A DNA stretch of 16,496 bases from assembly GCA_964342815.1 (NCBI GenBank), contig CAYFHS010000033.1, positions 1 to 16,496 on the forward strand, given 5' to 3'. Positions 14,267 to 16,496 of the stretch are shown here, piece by piece. A model generated the notes under the pieces. That model worked only from the letters and a program-made list of their open reading frames with translations. It did no database searches and was not told the DNA's origin. The DNA comes from an uncultured archaeon (GTDB lineage: Archaea > Thermoplasmatota > Penumbrarchaeia > JASLWR01). How positions within the stretch are numbered: position 1 is the stretch's first letter; each line of letters begins with the position of its first letter. Both the position numbers and the translations under genes were made by a program.

Positions 14267-16496
14267 ATGAAAGACTATATCAAAAGAACAATAGTACTGT
14301 CATTATCGGCATTCATGCTCTTTTCAGGCGTGGTGCTGTTCAACAACTGGCTTTCGGACATTTCTTCCGGTGCAAACGTCTATCACACCGGCGGCACCTC
14401 TGGTGATGAGAATTGGGCAGCGGCGAATATCCACTACGTGGATGACGAATATAATATAACATCCGGAGACACCCTGACCATCCAGGCCGGGGCTAGTGTG
14501 TATATGGACGGCCATAATGGTTTGCGGGGAAATATAACCGTTCAAAGCGGCGGGAAACTCGTGATCGAGGGAAGTTCGGGAAATTTTGTTTATATTACCT
14601 CAAATGCCACAACACCTGCTGCCGGGGATTACGGCGGTATCGTGGTGGAGAACGGCGGTGTCGCTTTTATCAACTATACTTGTATCGGAAATGCCACCAT
14701 CGGAATTGACATAACAGGGGGAAATACGGAGGTCAATTATTGTACTATCAACGAAACCTCAGATCTGGGAATCAATTTCACAGGCTCCGGATCACCAGTT
14801 ATAAAGGACTCTGTTATTAACAATACGGGCAGCGGTATCATATCCAGCGGAGGTATAAGTATCGAATCCAACGGCCTTGTATCCGGTTGTACGATCTTCA
14901 ACTCCAGCAATTCCGGTATTCATGTTAACAGCGGCACACCATTAATAGAATACACTTATATTCATAATACCACCGGTAACGGTATCAGGATAAACGGAAC
15001 GGCCGTGCCCGGTATAGAAGATTGTAACATCTCTGACACTAATAATCATAACATTCACATTCTAGGCAGCAGCCGAAATATAGTCGTATACAACAGTACC
15101 ATAGGATATCGAAATGGCGGTGGAGATACAATAAAAATAGATGCAGCGGCGGAATTCGTCAATCTGACTCTCCTGAATTCTACCTTCGTTAACAACACCT
15201 TCGACGTGGATTCCAAGGGCAACCTTTCAATCGATTATCACGTTGAGGTTTATGTGAACAACTCTGCGGATGCCCCCATACCCGGTGCAACGGTGGATAT
15301 GATTCATAACGGCTCGACCCACTTTACCGGGACCACAGATGGAAATGGTATTGTCTGGATCCAGGGAATTCATTTCATGCACAATGCTACCGGGGTCTGG
15401 ATAATCGGCAATTATTCAGTGAACGTAAGTCATGGCGAATATGCAGCCTCAGAGCAAAATACTTATGCAGACATGTTCATCAAGTTGGACTTCCAGTTAG
15501 TCGATACAACCAGTCCAGTGGCAGATGCGGGAGCCAACCAGACCGTTAACCAGAGCGATCTGGTCACCTTCGACGGTAGCGGCAGCACCGATAACGTTGG
15601 GGTTGAAAATTACACATGGACATTCACTGACGGGAGTGCACAAACACTGTACGGAGTTGGGCCGAACTACACATTCAATAATGCAGGGTCATTCGTAGTA
15701 ACCTTAACGGCTAAGGATGCTGCAGCAAATACAAACACCGATACGGTGACAATTACCGTCAACGATACAACGAACCCCGCAGCCGACGCAGGACCGGCTC
15801 AGACGGTGAATCAAAGCGACCTGGTAACTTTTAACGGAAGTGCCAGTTCTGACAACATTGGGGTAACGAACTATACCTGGAACTTCACCGACGGGGGAGC
15901 ACAAATTTTGTATGGAGCTGGGCCGAACTACACTTTCAACGATGCTGGCTCATTCGTGGTTACCTTGACGGTCAAGGATGCGGCGGGCAATTCGCATTTG
16001 GATACGGTGACAATTACAGTGAACGACACCACGAACCCGGTAGCAGATGCAGGCGCAAACCAAACCGTTAACCAGGGTGATCTGGTCACCTTCAACGGAA
16101 GCGGCAGTACCGATAACGTGGCTGTGGACAACTATACCTGGACATTTGCCGACGGCGGAGCGCAGACCATTTACGGTGTAGATGCAAACTACACTTTCAA
16201 CGATGCTGGCTCATTCGTCGTCACATTAACTGCAAAGGATGCCGCAGGTAATACAAACACGGATACCGTCACCATTACAGTGAACGACACTGCAAACCCC
16301 GTAGCAGACGCAGGACCGGCTCAGACGGTGAATCAAAGCGACCTGGTAACTTTTAACGGAAGTGCCAGTTCTGACAACATTGGGGTAACGAACTATACCT
16401 GGAACTTCACCGACGGGGGAGCACAAATTTTGTATGGAGCTGGGCCGAACTACACTTTCAACGATGCTGGCTCATTCGTGGTTACCTTGACGGTCA
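14267..16496 (+). CDS. Large secreted/surface glycoprotein: signal peptide, right-handed beta-helix, Ig/carboxypeptidase-regulatory-like domain, tandem PKD repeats (3' truncated by the window end)
   Basis: Manual translation from ATG 14267 is open to the end of the window. It gives MKDYIKRTIVLSLSAFMLFSGVVLF (signal), parallel beta-helix-type repeats (e.g. CTINETSDLGINFTG, CTIFNSSNSGIHVNS), VEVYVNNSADAPIPGATV..TTDGNG, then DTTxPxADAG..QTV..DLVTFxGSxSxDN.GV.NYTW.F PKD units. It is missing from the ORF track, presumably because no stop falls in the window. Confidence 0.92.
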   Translation, partial: MKDYIKRTIVLSLSAFMLFSGVVLFNNWLSDISSGANVYHTGGTSGDENWAAANIHYVDDEYNITSGDTLTIQAGASVYMDGHNGLRGNITVQSGGKLVIEGSSGNFVYITSNATTPAAGDYGGIVVENGGVAFINYTCIGNATIGIDITGGNTEVNYCTINETSDLGINFTGSGSPVIKDSVINNTGSGIISSGGISIESNGLVSGCTIFNSSNSGIHVNSGTPLIEYTYIHNTTGNGIRINGTAVPGIEDCNISDTNNHNIHILGSSRNIVVYNSTIGYRNGGGDTIKIDAAAEFVNLTLLNSTFVNNTFDVDSKGNLSIDYHVEVYVNNSADAPIPGATVDMIHNGSTHFTGTTDGNGIVWIQGIHFMHNATGVWIIGNYSVNVSHGEYAASEQNTYADMFIKLDFQLVDTTSPVADAGANQTVNQSDLVTFDGSGSTDNVGVENYTWTFTDGSAQTLYGVGPNYTFNNAGSFVVTLTAKDAAANTNTDTVTITVNDTTNPAADAGPAQTVNQSDLVTFNGSASSDNIGVTNYTWNFTDGGAQILYGAGPNYTFNDAGSFVVTLTVKDAAGNSHLDTVTITVNDTTNPVADAGANQTVNQGDLVTFNGSGSTDNVAVDNYTWTFADGGAQTIYGVDANYTFNDAGSFVVTLTAKDAAGNTNTDTVTITVNDTANPVADAGPAQTVNQSDLVTFNGSASSDNIGVTNYTWNFTDGGAQILYGAGPNYTFNDAGSFVVTLTV
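15503..16496 (+). repeat. Intragenic 261-bp (87-aa) PKD tandem repeat, 3 full units plus 1 partial
   Basis: Unit starts at 15503, 15764, 16025 and 16286. Segment 15785-15974 is identical to 16307-16496 (190 bp, offset 522). Confidence 0.95.

Noticed and set aside
790-14545. Numerous short antisense or alternate-frame ORFs in the track (e.g. 790..1173, 2317..2640, 2809..3219, 4381..4884, 6814..7317, 8897..9283, 13062..13448, 14324..14545)
   Set aside because: All are nested in or opposite well-supported genes, have no motifs and are explained as shadow ORFs.
15704-16426. Twin 66-aa minus-strand ORFs (15704..15904 and 16226..16426) as a duplicated small gene
   Set aside because: They are the antisense shadow of PKD units 522 bp apart.
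15503-16496. Diversity-generating retroelement TR/VR pair or CRISPR array
   Set aside because: The repeats are in-frame 261-bp protein domains. Differences are mostly synonymous and not adenine-specific, units 2 and 4 are identical, and no reverse transcriptase, cas gene or repeat-spacer pattern is present in the window.

Overview
Archaeal genomic window (probably Thermoplasmatota; inferred from gene content, not verified). It holds 11 supportable CDS and no rRNA, tRNA, CRISPR array or transposase. From left to right: (1) a palindrome-dense non-coding segment (280-486) and a two-TM protein with a duplicated DUF3068/PorA-like ectodomain; (2) a minus-strand cluster of COG1709-type HTH regulator, HMG-CoA synthase, thiolase-fold protein and DUF35 Zn-ribbon/OB protein, which is the archaeal mevalonate-entry complex; (3) a membrane FN3 protein with a longin/roadblock-like tail, a membrane Ser/Thr kinase-fold protein and a Cys-rich OB-fold hypothetical; (4) hutH followed by a fused GXGXG + glutamate-synthase FMN-barrel protein; (5) a large secreted beta-helix/PKD-repeat glycoprotein that runs off the right end and is absent from the ORF track. 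The main signal is intact, full-length genes that have lost their catalytic residues. The thiolase has Cys->Asp, HDCF->HDSF and GHP->GNP, while its partner HMG-CoA synthase is intact. The kinase has lost the VAIK Lys, the alphaC Glu and the HRD Asp. The GltS-like barrel has lost most FMN motifs but keeps a 4-Cys cluster motif. All family assignments come from motif recognition by eye; no database search was run.
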